From the human T2T-CHM13v2.0 reference genome, Homo sapiens: DNA of 64,000 nt. Below the pieces are notes generated by a model, which was not told where the DNA came from, made no database searches, and worked only from the letters and a program-made list of their open reading frames with translations. The position numbers were made by a program, and so were the translations under genes. Below, one piece after another: positions 1-12,439 of the stretch (the first letter of the stretch is position 1; each line of letters begins with the position of its first letter). The stretch lies in assembly GCF_009914755.1 (NCBI RefSeq), contig NC_060925.1, one strand, 5' to 3'.

Positions 1-519
1 TTTTTCTCTTTTGACCCGTGGTGATATAAAATAGTATTTTGCAGCAAATACAAATGAAAAACCAAACTCATTCATTTGACAATGGCCAATAAACTTTAGC
101 TATAGAATTTAGATGCAAATATCTCCATACTAATATTATGTATTAATATTTTTATATTTTTATAATACCTTACCTACATAATAGTACATTAAGTTTCCAT
201 GTGCTATCCCCAATACTAGACTTAAATAGGGCAGGCTTTGTTACCCCAGTTTTACAAATGGGCAATTTGAGATTAAGACTATGAAATCAGAGAATGAAAG
301 ACAGTTACTCTAACAAATTGGGTTTTGGATCTGGTCTCACAACTAGGTAGTGAAAGAAATGGGTGTAAAAGCCAGGTCCCCAACTCTGCTGTCTAGTAAA
401 TGTGTCTTTCGTGAAATCACAATCCTTCTCTCATTAGTGATATGTTTCCTATCTATGTTTGTGTTACTGCGGATGGGGTTTCTCTATACATAGTTTTTTT
501 TTTTTTTCTCGTTGCTGTT

Positions 520-900
520 AATCACTTATTCACTTATCATTCAGCTAGCACTTACTGAGAGCTTATTATCTGACAACCAGCAGGAATATACTAAGGGGAA
601 AGATAGATATAGTCCCTTATGCATCCCAATAGAGGAGATGAATATTAAACAAATATTCGTAGACAAATATATACCAGCATAAACCATGATAAGAACTATG
701 AAGGAAAATAATTGGATGAGATGAAAGACTATAGCAGGGAAATCTCATTTAAATTGGGAGGTCAGAGCAGACTTCTTTGAGAAAATGGCAGTTACACTCA
801 GATCTAAAGGCTGAGTAGGATCCAATCTGGGGAAGAAAGCAGGAGGATGAGGAGAGGGTGGACCAGAAAGAGAGAACAATAGGTCTAACAGCCCTGAGGA
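520..900 (-). mobile_element. L2 LINE fragment (degenerate)
   Basis: Resembles the reverse complement of the L2 3' end (ttattcacttatcattcagc...cttactgag) and its body (gaggtcagagcagacttctttgagaaaatggc...gatctaaaggctgagtagga). Confidence 0.55.
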
Positions 901-931
901 GGGACTGAAGTCAGTGCATCCGAGAAGCTGG

Positions 932-1095
932 GGGGTAAGAATGTTCAGATCTCCCATGTGAGGTGGTCTGGCCATCTAACATGAGCCATCTGACACAGTC
1001 GGGCCATCTAACATGGGAGATCTGAACCATCTAACATGGGAGGTCTAACCATGGTCTGGCCATCTAACATGGGAGCTCTGAACATTCTTATCCCC
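932..1095. repeat. Imperfect ~35-bp inverted repeat enclosing tandem CCATCTAACATG copies
   Basis: Arms 932-966 and 1060-1095 are reverse complements with 3 mismatches and 1 indel; CCATCTAACATG occurs at 972, 1004, 1027 and 1060. Confidence 0.9.
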
Positions 1096-1149
1096 TGCCC
1101 CGCCTGCAGTGAGTTCCGCTGTTTCATTGTCTCACCTATGATTTTTTGC

Positions 1150-1457
1150 TTGACATGCCCATGTCAACTTTGGGCTCTGTGCTGCCAGAAAACCATCCTT
1201 CCTGGCTTTGCCTCACCTTCACTTGCTGGTCAGATCAATGACTCGCCATTTTTCTATGACACTCCCCAGTAACTCACCACTCTCGTGTCTCTCAATATGT
1301 TCCTTCTTATATGATTATCATGACTGCACCTGAAAAACCCTCTTACTAGATGACTAGCAACTGAATCCAAGTCATTTTTGTAGCTCCAAAAGCCTTTAAC
1401 GCCAGAACCTAACTCATAGTAGAAACCCAGTAAATACATGATGAATGAATGAATAAA
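1150..1457 (+). mobile_element. L2 3' end fragment
   Basis: Ends in catagtagaaacccagtaaatacatgatgaatgaatgaat, typical of the L2 terminus. Confidence 0.55.
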
Positions 1458-1890
1458 AGTTTGTTGATTATGCTGAGATATCCTGATGTCAACTCCAGGT
1501 CACTGGGCATAAGGAAATGAGTGTTCCCATTCCTATGTTCCAATAGTTTTTAACAGCCCAATTTTCATTTTCATGAGCTCCTTTTTCCTGGAAGCAGACT
1601 CCTATGTGGACAGGTTCAATGCTGGCGCTAGTGCGGTACATCAGTCTTGATGACTAAGACCCACTGACGATGGAAATGAGGCACCTAAATCAGAAAGATT
1701 GATGATTAGCTTTAAATTAGAACAGTTTCGTCTATGATCCAAAACAGGACCATTTCCAAAAGGCCTGTCCAAAAACACAAATTAAATCTAAAATGTGTCA
1801 CACACGGCTTAGGAACCAACAATAAGTTTGCATCATAGCTAATTGATCAAGTCACTGGTGAAACCAACTGACTGAGTTTGCCTTAAGGAA

Positions 1891-2062
1891 ACGATTCCCA
1901 AATTTATCTGCAAGTTGAAATCATCCAGGAAGCTTAAAAAATTACTCATACCCATGTTCACCTCCAGAGATTATTCAATTAATGTGGGATTGTGGTCTGG
2001 GTTTTGGAACTACCAAAAGAACCCCAGTGATTCTAATGTGCAGATGAGTTTGTGAACCATTG
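1891..2062. mobile_element. MER5-family (hAT-Charlie) DNA transposon relic
   Basis: aatcatccaggaagcttaaaaaa...gtgattctaatgtgcag...gaaccattg resembles MER5A1/MER5B. Confidence 0.7.
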
Positions 2063-4211
2063 ACTTGCAGCAAGAGAACATTCTCATAACAAGCTAAGAA
2101 AAGCCCAACAGCAGAAAATGAGAAACTGTTTCCCTGGATAATTCCAGGGAACTAATAAGATCCACTTTACCCATCTGCTAGTACACACAATTGGGGCTTA
2201 TGAGTCCAAGAAGCTCTTGCTTAGCGGGAGATATGGTGGCTATGGCCATCTGCTGTGTAGACGTAGAATATACTGACTTGAGGTTTCCTGGCACTGTGTC
2301 CTCAGCATAGCATGCTCCCACAACACTGCCTCTGCTATCAAAATCTTGCTCATTAAAGGCCAGTCCCTCTATCAAGTCTTCCCTTACAAGTAGTTAATAC
2401 TTCCACTTTCTCTCAAAATTCTTACTTCTTTATTACAGCATGAATTTAATTTCCCTTAGTATCAAAACTAATTGTTAAACTGGAATCTTCTTTTGAGTTC
2501 AGGGACAATCTTTTATTCATCTTTATATTGTCAAAGAATGTGGCATTTTGCTTTGTACACAGTAAGTGCCTAATAAATGCTTATTGCATGAATGCTGAGA
2601 TTACAACAATGAACAGGGCAGACGCTATCTCTGCTCTTATGGAGCTATAAGCTATGAGTTAAGGGTAACATAATTACCCTTAACTCCAAACTAGGTAACA
2701 CCAGTTACAAAATTTTCAAGGTAGAAGGAACCATTGCAGAGATGCCTCCATCTCTTGGTTCCCAGCCAAATGATGATCACAAAACCTTTCCTGTCATAAA
2801 CAACTCCACCACAGCTGCAGTGCACATGGGAGCTCTCAGAATACAGAACAACTGTGACCACACTGAGAGAATAGGGCTGAGACCAGGGGAAAACATCTGG
2901 TCCCCTCTAGAGAGGAGACAGCAGTGCAAATATGGGACTCTCTAATCTAGACTGGGTCCAGATCCAAGGAACCCCAGCCAAAGAAGTAGATGTCAGCATT
3001 AGAGCTCAGGAAAATCTGTTCAAGTCCCTGAGAGAGAGATGAGGCAATTTAAAAATACAGCCCAGCCTCTGAGACCAAGTCATTGCCACTTGGATTTTGT
3101 TGAACGGACATGTATTAAGAACCACTGTGTAATGGCTACTGGCTACATGTATTCATGTATTCAGGTGTAGATTTGGAGGCTGCAACCCAATCACACACAG
3201 GCAAAGCAGTCTATTTTCAGATCCCACTTACTCTTGGGGAGAGGCTCTAAATATACCACCCAGTGACTGCAGGAGGCAGATTATCATTGCTGGCAGCTGA
3301 GCAGGGTGGGGCAGACAGGGACGTCAGGAGCCTCACCATTAACCTCAGCACAACTCAAAGGCCCCCACCACTTGTAGAGCTATATTTACATAAGGGCAAA
3401 TGTCTATTATTTGGCTTGGTTTTCATTTAAGAGCTCCTGAGAATGGGTTTTGTATGGCAGGAAAAGCACTATGTGATGCCCTCCAAAGACCCACTGAACA
3501 AAGCATGTAGATGTCACAAGGTAGGCCTTAGGCAAAACCAACCTTGTTCTGTTCTCAGGCATTTGCATCACAAGAAGGTCTTGCAATTACATAACTAAAT
3601 AATGAAATTGTCTACATGTATAACACCTGATAATTTATAATATGCTTTTGTAGCCCATTCATAAATGGGTATAAAATATTGTTAAAGCAGAATTCAAGAA
3701 GGCTACAATCAGAAATGATATTGGATATTAAGACATGAGAATTTATCTTGCCATAGTGATTTCCTCTATAGCAGGGAAGGCCTTTTGAGTAGGTGTTCAA
3801 TAGAGACATAGTTTTCTTACTGCTGAAAGCCAAACACTGCATAATCCCTTCTGTAACCATCCCTATTTCCAGGCAGCTAATACCAAAAGGCCAGAAGGCA
3901 TTTAGTTTTGGAAGGAATTGAGAGAAAACCACACTAACCACCAGCATTTGGATAACTCTGTCCAGTAGTGAAAATGAATAGACATAGCTGTAGGTAGAGA
4001 AATAGTTGATTGGGGAAAAGTTTGGTGGGGGGTGCAGGTACAGAAGGACATAGTCAGAATGCGTAGCAATATCAGAGTTTGAGAAACCTCTGTATTTAGT
4101 GTATTATATTAGCCTTTGAAGAAGGACTAGACCCAGTTTGGCTGGTATCAACCATGGAGTAGCATCCATGGGAGGTAGAGGAAGATGGGGTCTGAGACAT
4201 TCCACCTGCAG

Positions 4212-4400
4212 CAGGGTGGCTCCAAGTCTCCTGGCACCATCTACATCAGACTCACCTGGAAGGTGGCTAAACACACAGACTTAAGGGGCCTGCTCCCACC
4301 CTCTGAATCAGAATCTGGGGCTTGATTGTGCCTAGACATATGTCCATTTGACAAGCTCCACAGATGATTCCCACCCATGAGCATGATGTGAGAATCACGG
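4212..4400. mobile_element. MER5A-like DNA transposon relic
   Basis: catcagactcacctggaagg...ctgaatcagaatctgggg...acaagctccacagatgattc. Confidence 0.65.
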
Positions 4401-5343
4401 CCTTAGAGAATGGTATCTGCAGAAAGTCAGGTGTGAACTTGGTATGCCACATGACAGCATCAGAGATTATTTGTTGATGCCTTCTGGTTACTTTGAAGAG
4501 TCAATATTATGCCATTTTAGTCCAATTTCCTAAGTCACAGTTATTAGTAGTGGAGTCAATATTAGAAACAATTCCTTGGCAGAGAGGAAGGCTTTTCTGG
4601 CTGTCTGTGACCTCACCCACAAGCAGCTGTTAAGGATGCTACGCTATTTCTGAAATGGCCCAAACATCAGCAACTTTTGTGGTGGAATTTTAGACACATC
4701 AGCAGACTGGGATACAGACATTTAGGGGCCAGAGCCCTTCTGACGCCAAATCAAAGGCTATGTGTGAGGCTGATGTTGCACCCCCTCTCCCCTCCACAGG
4801 AGGCCACTTGGTCCTGCACAGACACCTGTGGTCCAGATCATTGGCAGGCCTCAGCCAGCCAAGACTGAAAGGGTGTGAAGGCAGAAATGGAGACTGCAAT
4901 GGTGACGGAGGAGACTTCTCCTTGACAGCCTGGCAGATGAAGAGAGCTTCCAAAGACATCAGGCCACCAAAAGCAAAAGCAAAAAGAGAAGAAATTCAAT
5001 AAGTAGTTCTTGAACAGCCATGGCTTCCTGACTGTTTGAGGGACAGGGATGTGCCCTCTCCATACTTCAGTGAGGGATCAGTCCTGCCTGGTAATTAAGA
5101 AAAGCAGTAATGATCAGCGCTAAAAATGAATCACCCATTTCCTGTGAAAGAGTGGGCAGAGGACTGTTTTAAAACTTCGATTTATTGACCGATTTGTCTG
5201 TGGTAAACCAGGAAGACGCTGTGAGGGAGGTGGAGGGCTGCCACCCTTCCTCCCTACCTCTCCCACCCATCCCATCCTATACACTTCTGACAGATTAATC
5301 TTCCTAATGCACAGCTCTGATGGGACTCCTAGGACCGAAGGCC

Positions 5344-5545
5344 TTTTTTTTTTTTTATCCTTTTTAAGAAATGGGGTCTTGCTCTATCACCCAGGCTGGA
5401 TTGCAGTGGTGTGATCATAGCTCACCACAGCCTCGCACTCCCGGGCTCTTGCAATCTACATACAGTGGCATGTGCCTGTAGCCCAACTACTCCACCTCAG
5501 CCTCTGGGGTAGCTGAGGTACAGGCACATGCCACCATGCTGGGCT
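5344..5545 (-). mobile_element. Alu right monomer (FRAM/AluJ fragment) with an internal inverted insertion
   Basis: Poly-T, then ggggtcttgctctatcacccaggctgga...tgatcatagctcacc; about 35 extra nt at 5456-5491. Confidence 0.9.
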
Positions 5546-6129
5546 CTTAAGCCAAAGACTTTTAATGGCTTCTCCTTTGCCCAGAGAGATATCTACCCTG
5601 GGTTTCATCTCATTTCTCCATGCCCTTTGGCCCTCACTTGACTGAGCACATTTCAGTGTCTAGAAAAGTGCACATGTACTCTCCCATACACACTTTGCAC
5701 ATTCCTTGTTCCCAGGTTTTGCTCAAACTGCTTTCCCGTCCTGGAATAGCACCTTACCCACTACCCACCCTATTAGATGAATCCCATCTCATCCTTCTCT
5801 GGGCGTCCTAAATGCTCCTCTCCCTAATCCTTCCTAACTAGGTAGTCGCTGTCTCCTTCTATCTTGCTTTCCATCTCTCTGTGTGTCCCTGTGCATGTCT
5901 TTCTCTGTCTCTCTCTCTCTCTCTCTCTGCTTTTGAGCTCTCATCCCCAGCCCCCAGCCCCCAGCATCACGTACCTCTATTTCTGATCTGCACTAGCTAC
6001 TAAACTGTGTAATCTTTGAATCTTTCTCAATGTGAAGCATACTCACAGACTGCTATCACTTAACCTGCTGCTACTAAAAACTCATTCCTCATGCCTTTTG
6101 CCTTTGCATTTTAGCTGATGTTTAGCCTC

Positions 6130-6510
6130 CACACCAAGGGCTTGGCATAATTGTAATGAGACAGGGAGCCCAGTGCCCTTCTTGGGGGCCAGGCATGTCT
6201 TTCCACCAATCTGGATCAAAGTCTCCTCTGTAGGAACCTTTCCCAAGTGTGCCCCACATACCCCAATCCTGGCCAAAGTTGGCACCTATGTTTCCACACA
6301 AGTTTCTTACTGTGCATGCATTCTTCCTCTCCAGCACATATCACAATTATAATTAAATAACTGTCTAACCAGTAGTTTAACACCTGCCTTCCTCCACAAT
6401 AGGAAGCTCCATGGGGACAAGGCCATACCTCTTTTATTCATCATTGAATTCCCAGTGCCTGGAATGTATTAATAGTTGATGGCAATAAATATTTGGTGAA
6501 TAAATGAATG
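6130..6510 (+). mobile_element. L2 3' fragment
   Basis: cccagtgcctggaa...aataaatatttggtgaataaatgaatg terminus. Confidence 0.6.
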
Positions 6511-6899
6511 GCATTTATCACACTCTGCTTATAGCTTTGTGTGCACAGTGTATGTCTCATCCACTCTTCACTGTCTTTAAGAATATAGGTGATATAGGAC
6601 GCCCTTTGTATTCCCCCAACACTTTCAACAGTGCCTTGTCCATGGTAGGTACTCAAACAAATAGTTGTTAAACCTGTTCCTCTAATGGGCAAGTAATCTA
6701 AGGCATGTGATGGTGAGTCAGTGGCATCACATTTGATTCAAAAGAAAACACATTTAGTCCAATAAATCAACAGATAATTACTAAGCACTCTTTATGCAAA
6801 AAGTATAGGGTTCTTTATCTGTCTATCTGTCTGCCTATCTATCTGTCCATCTGTCTGCTTGTCTAGGATTAGAGAAGTGGTTGTAGAGATAGTGCAGGG

Positions 6900-7102
6900 T
6901 CTGGTTTTGGGTCCATCTTTGCTCCTGAGTGTCTATATGATCTTGAGTAGTTAGGGCCCTCTAAATGTCAGTTTCCAGTTTCTTCAGGCTTTAAAATGAG
7001 CATAAAATTTTTAGTTAACAGGGAAATTGTGAGGATTGAAAGAAGGGGTGTATCTGAAAGCCTTTTGTAAAACATGAAGTGTAATAACATGTATAATTAT
7101 TG
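6900..7102 (+). mobile_element. MIR SINE
   Basis: tcagtttcc...taaaatgag...ttgtgaggattgaa MIR core. Confidence 0.55.
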
Positions 7103-9076
7103 TGGGTGCATGATGAAAAGGAAAAGGCAACGGAGTGAAATATGGCTGTGAGGAGTCTCAGTCCCTCTCTAAGCAGTGAGGTGTGGGCCAGGAGTGCAGC
7201 ATGAGGTCCAAGCTCTCTGAATCTGCCTGTTCTGACCCCCTGATAAATCTCTAAGCCTCCAAGACACAGGTTCATCATCTTGTCAAATGGGCTCCAAGGC
7301 TCCTGGCTTCCTGGGAGGAGCCGCCTTACTAATAAAGAGATTGTCTTAATAATGTGAAGTACCCGGGTGCTATGGTAACGGGCATTACATGATCTGGAGA
7401 AGAGGAGCAGCTTTTGATAAGAATAGGGAGCCTGCAGATGGGAAAAGGGGGTGGGGATGCACACAGGATGGGAGTGGAGGAAAACGCAAATGTGGATAGA
7501 TAGAGTGAGCACCAGCGGGAATGAACAAACAATATTGTTGGTTCCTGTCTCTCAGAGTGGCCTCTCCTGTCTGGGCCCTGCTATCTGCGGGGTTTCTTGA
7601 ACATTTCCAGATTTTTGGGTGCTACTGCAATTTTAGAACCCCATGCACTTAAACTGAGAGCCCCCATGGCTTTTTAAACACATAAGCACATGTAAAATCT
7701 GGATAAAACCAGGTTGTGATCAAAAAAAAAAATTAGAAACCCAAGTTTTTTGTATTCACCAATGGATTATTTTAACAAGTTCTCTCATAACTGTTTGAAA
7801 CAGGCTTGTGACCCAAGATGTTTTCCATAAGTCCTACCAACGTGGAGAACCAGAAAATTTGTGCACTGTGAAGATGTCAATGCCAATGCCAATGTCCATG
7901 CCATGAAACTTCATAACCTTATTAAATACTACTGGTCCATCTGAGGACATGCTGCACAGCTTAGAAGGGTGTTGGTGCAATGAAAAGCACATTAGATGGG
8001 GCAAAGGAAAAAAATGTCACGCCTAATGAGTCCTTCTATGTTTCAGACACTGGACTGGGCACTTATGCACATTAGTTTCTGCCACAGAGTCTGATAGCTT
8101 GGGTCCTGGACCCAGCTTGCCACCAGCCAGCTATGAGAGCTTTGGGTTTTTTTTTTTAAAGAGAAGCATATCTGTTCACAGACACTTTATTATGATTCTG
8201 TTATTAAAAGAGCTTCCTCCTCATGTGGTCACTAACTGTCTTCTAGTTAACCTTTGCTTTGGTTTTTACCTCCTGCTATTTCCTCACTTATAACTGAGGT
8301 CCTGAGCCAATCACAGTAATGAAGACAGTTTAGTTCCTTCTTGGTTTTATATTTTGGCTTAAGCTCTTTTGGTAAATATTAATTGCCGCAAAGGCAAGTT
8401 GAGTGTGACTATTTTGTGTGTTTATTTCATAGGTGTTTCTACTGCTGCCAGGACTAAAGGAGGTGGGTATAAAAAAAGAAGAGTGATTTAGATTAGGAAA
8501 CTGAAAGAGTTTCCTGGCTTCCAGGCTGTAGGGTCCATAGGAAGGTAATGCCTTAGGTGGCTATACATATCCTCTTTCTATGAATTTTTAAAGAAAAACT
8601 AGACTCTTCTTTTCCTTCATTAGTGTAAGATCAAATGTGCCTGCAGATAAAAAAGAGAACTGCCCATCATTCCTTTCAATATTTTATCTAAGTTTCAAGT
8701 AGCTTTAGATTTTTCAAAAACATTCTTTAGTCTGGAAAGAAATATAACAGAATTTGAACAATGTTGAACTTTAGACCACACAATCTTGAAGTGATTTTTA
8801 TTTTATTTTACAGTATTCAATATTTTAACAAATTCTCTATGACCATGTATTACATTTACAATGAGAAAAATAATCAAAATATTTTAAAATCTTAAACAAA
8901 AATGTTCTTTAATCTTTTGACTTGTTTATTTTTGCCATTGGTATATCACAAGTCACAGCCCATTTCCTCCATACATTCTATTTCATATAGCGAGCAGCTG
9001 ACAAATAATCAAACAAACAAACAAAAATAGCCTGGAATCCTCATCTCCCTGAAAAAGCCATGAGATTGAAGCCAAA

Positions 9077-9902
9077 TATTATCAAAAAGTCCAAAGACAA
9101 CAAATGTTAGCAAGGGTGTGGAGAAAGGGAATTTCTGTGTACTACTCGTGGGAATGTAGATTGGTACAGCCATTATGAAAAACATTATGGAACTTTCTAA
9201 AGAAATTAAAAATAGAACTACCACGTGGCCTAACAATTCCTCTTCCAGAAATATACCCAAAGGAAATGAAATCATTGCCTCATAAAGAGGTCTGCACCCT
9301 CATGTTCACTGAAGCCAAGCCATATTCGCAATAACATATTCACAATAGCCAAGATATGGAAACAACTTAAGTGTCCTTTGATAGAAAAATGGATAAAAAA
9401 CTCTAGTACATATATAGAATGGAATACTATTCATCCCTAAAAAAGAATGAGCTCTTGCCTTTTGCCACAACATGAATGCCTCTGGAAGACATTATGCTAA
9501 GTGAAATAAGCCAGACAGAGAAAGAAAAATATTACATGACCTCACTTATATGTGGAATCTAAAAAAAAAAATTCACATATACAGAGATAACAAAACAGTG
9601 GTTACCAGAGGTGGGGTGCAAGTAGGGCAGATGGGGGAGATGCAACAGATATATAGGATGACACACCTAGAGATCTAGTGTGCAACATGAGGACTGTAGG
9701 TAATAAAATTGTACTGCATATAGGACTCATGCTAAATAAGTAGATTTTAGCTGATCTGGCCACAAAAAAAATGGGTTACTATGTGAGATGATGAATATAG
9801 TAATTTGTTTTACTATAGAAACATTTTACTATCTCTATGTATCCTATAACATCGTGTTCTGTGCCTTAAATATACACACCAAAATGCATTAAAAATAAAA
9901 AA
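9077..9902 (+). mobile_element. L1MA-type LINE-1 3' fragment (end of ORF2 plus 3' UTR)
   Basis: gtgtggagaaaggga...gtgggaatgtagattggtacagccattatg...attatgctaagtgaaataagccagacagagaaag; A-rich end. Confidence 0.9.
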
Positions 9903-10184
9903 GCCTGGACCAGAAAACCAACATTTTATGAGCATCCCTGGATACAGCCCCTCAGAGGCCCACTCACCTGAATTACATGAGACATCTCATCCCATCAATG
10001 ACTCAAACTCTTCAGTTGCCCCTCCTCCTCCTCCTCTCTTCTATACTCCCTCCCACCCCTGATCATTTAATTACCTGCTTTTCAAGTCCCTCAGAAGTCA
10101 CCGAAAAGACATACCATCAATACTTTTGGATTATTACGGCCTGTCTTGGTCCTCCTCTATCCTGCTAATTTTCTGACCTTTATA

Positions 10185-10730
10185 AAGTGTATGCCCAGTG
10201 AAATTAGAAGACCTGGGTTCAAATCCTGACTCAGCTATTTACAACACATAGGAAATTGTATTAGTCCATTTTCATGCTGCTGATAAAGACATACCTGAGA
10301 CTGGGCAATTTACAAAATAAAGAGGTTTAATGGACTTACAGTTCCAAGTGGCTAGGAAGGCCTCACAATCATGGTGGAAGGCAAGGAGGAGCAAGTCACA
10401 TCTTAGATGGATGGCAGCAGGCAAAGAGAGGGCCTGTGCAGGGAAACTCCCATTTTTAAAGCCATCAGATCTCACAAGACTTATTCACTATCACGAGAAC
10501 AGCACAGGAAAGACCCACCCCTAGGGTTCAATTACCTTCCACCAGGAATTACAATTCAAGATGAGATCTGGGTAGGGACATAGCCAAACCATATCAGAAA
10601 TATACTTATCCTCTCTGAGCTTTCATGCTCTCATCTATGAAATATGGATGATAGCTATGAAAATCAGATTGAAAAACGTACAAAAATACATGACACCATG
10701 ATCAATACATAGTAGGTGCTCAATAAATAT
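10185..10730 (+). mobile_element. MIR interrupted by a THE1 LTR
   Basis: gacctgggttcaaatcctgactc before the LTR; ctctctgagctttcatgctctcatctatgaaat...catagtaggtgctcaataaat after it. Confidence 0.7.
10257..10596 (-). mobile_element. THE1 (THE1A/B-like) MaLR solo LTR
   Basis: tgtattagtccattttcatgctgctgataaagacatacc...ccaaaccatatca; TG..CA ends; 5-bp TSD GAAAT at 10252-10256 and 10597-10601. Confidence 0.93.
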
Positions 10731-11299
10731 AAGGAAGGTCTACAGCTATTCTTATTTTGAGAGGACAGTTCAACCCTAAAACCAGTCCGTGGAGTTAACC
10801 AAGACATCCACTGGATCCTTTTGATTTTTCCCAAGCAGAATCTTCGGCAGCTTAACCCCCAAGGGGTCAGGCTGATAGGGATAACTTACACAAGCCATGG
10901 CTGTCAACAGTCTGCAGTTATCTGGACCTGTCATCAATCTTAACAACAGCAGGGGGTGGTAAGCATTGAGCCAGCTCTACATGCTGTGGAGCAGTAGAAT
11001 GGTCCTTTTTGTTAAGGATTTGTATTTTCCGATAGGTTCTATAAATATGGTTTAATGAACTACCATTTGCCAGGTACTGTGCTGGTCCAGAGGATGAAAG
11101 AAGTTGAAGAAATGGTTCCTGCTCTCCGGAGTGCACAGCCTAATGAATAATTTTGATATGGAAGTCTGTGTTATGTGACACTGTTCTTTCATAGCTGCCC
11201 TCTCTTCCCCTTCCCAGCTACCCTTGAAGGGGTTGTTTAAGCAACCCTCATGCCCACCTTCTACTTCCTTCTCAACCCACACAGCCTGGCCTCTACATC

Positions 11300-12370
11300 C
11301 TTCACTCTAATAGGACCACTCTTTCCAAGGTTATAAAAAAATCCCTTTGCTTCAAACTTGAATAAATCTTATCTATGTTTATTTGCAAGCGTGACATCAC
11401 TCAACACAACTGACTATTCCCTTCCTTTCCTGAAGCAGGCTCACTTGGCCTTCCTGGCACAAGTCTCTTCAGATCCAAGTGTCAAGGGGCCCACTAGACA
11501 TTCACACTTGGATATCTCATAATCTTCTCACACCTAACCTTACCCAACTAAACTCACGATGTTCCCTCCAAACCTGGTTTTTCCAGGGTCTGCTATTCCC
11601 AGATGGTATCTCGACCCAACCAGGTTACTCAGGCCGGAAATCTAAGAGTCATTCATGAATCCACTTCCCCCTAACTCCTTATTTCTCATTTGATGCTGTG
11701 ACTTTTCTCTATCTCTGATGTATTCACTTTATCCTATCATCTTCTTTTGCCTAGACTTCTGTAAAAACTTCCTAACTTCTTTCCCTGTTTCTGCTGCTAA
11801 GACCTCCATTCCATTAGCCACAAAATAACCAAAACGGTATTTATAAATCACAAATTTGATCATATTACTCCCATGCTTAAAGTCCTTTAATGATTTATCA
11901 TTGCACTGAGAAATAAATTCTCTTCCTGTAACTTAATCTTCGAGGTTCCCATGACCCAGCCCCTGGCTATTTTTTCTCAACTCTAACCTCATATACTCTT
12001 GCCCTGATCACTGCATCATAGCCACACAAGCCTCCTTTCAGTGCCTAGAACACACCATCCTCTCTCCTATTCTAGAGCCTTTGAACATGCTATGCTCTCT
12101 GATTAGAAGGCTCTTACACCCACTCTTCCGGGCAACTCCAAGCCACCTTAAACCTCAGTATAAATGTCACCTCCTCAGAAAAGTTATCCCAAGTCTGCTA
12201 TACTCCCTCACAAAGCCTTGTTATTTCTCTTTGTAATTTTATCAGAGTTTTATATTTACTGATTCTGTTATATATATAACATAACATATCTTGTTGTGTG
12301 TACTCCTAATACTATAAATAGCATTAGGGCAGAAACTTTGTGACCTTAATTGTCTTCTATTTAGTAAAGA
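11300..12370 (+). mobile_element. L2 LINE body fragments
   Basis: ccactagacattcacacttggatatctc...ttgatcatattactcccatgcttaaagtcctttaatg...aaatgtcacctcctcagaaaag. Confidence 0.7.
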
Positions 12371-12439
12371 AGTCTCGTAAGAAAACAGGACTATATACCC
12401 ATAAAGGAAATTTGTGCTGGCTTCAGAAATTAATCAACT

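Noticed and set aside
972-1071. CRISPR-like repeat/spacer appearance
   Set aside because: The repeats are 12 nt, the spacers are irregular and self-derived, and the context is primate DNA with no cas genes.
1647-1668. C/D box-like TGATGA...CTGA
   Set aside because: The boxes are only ~10 nt apart with no terminal stem, far too short for a snoRNA.
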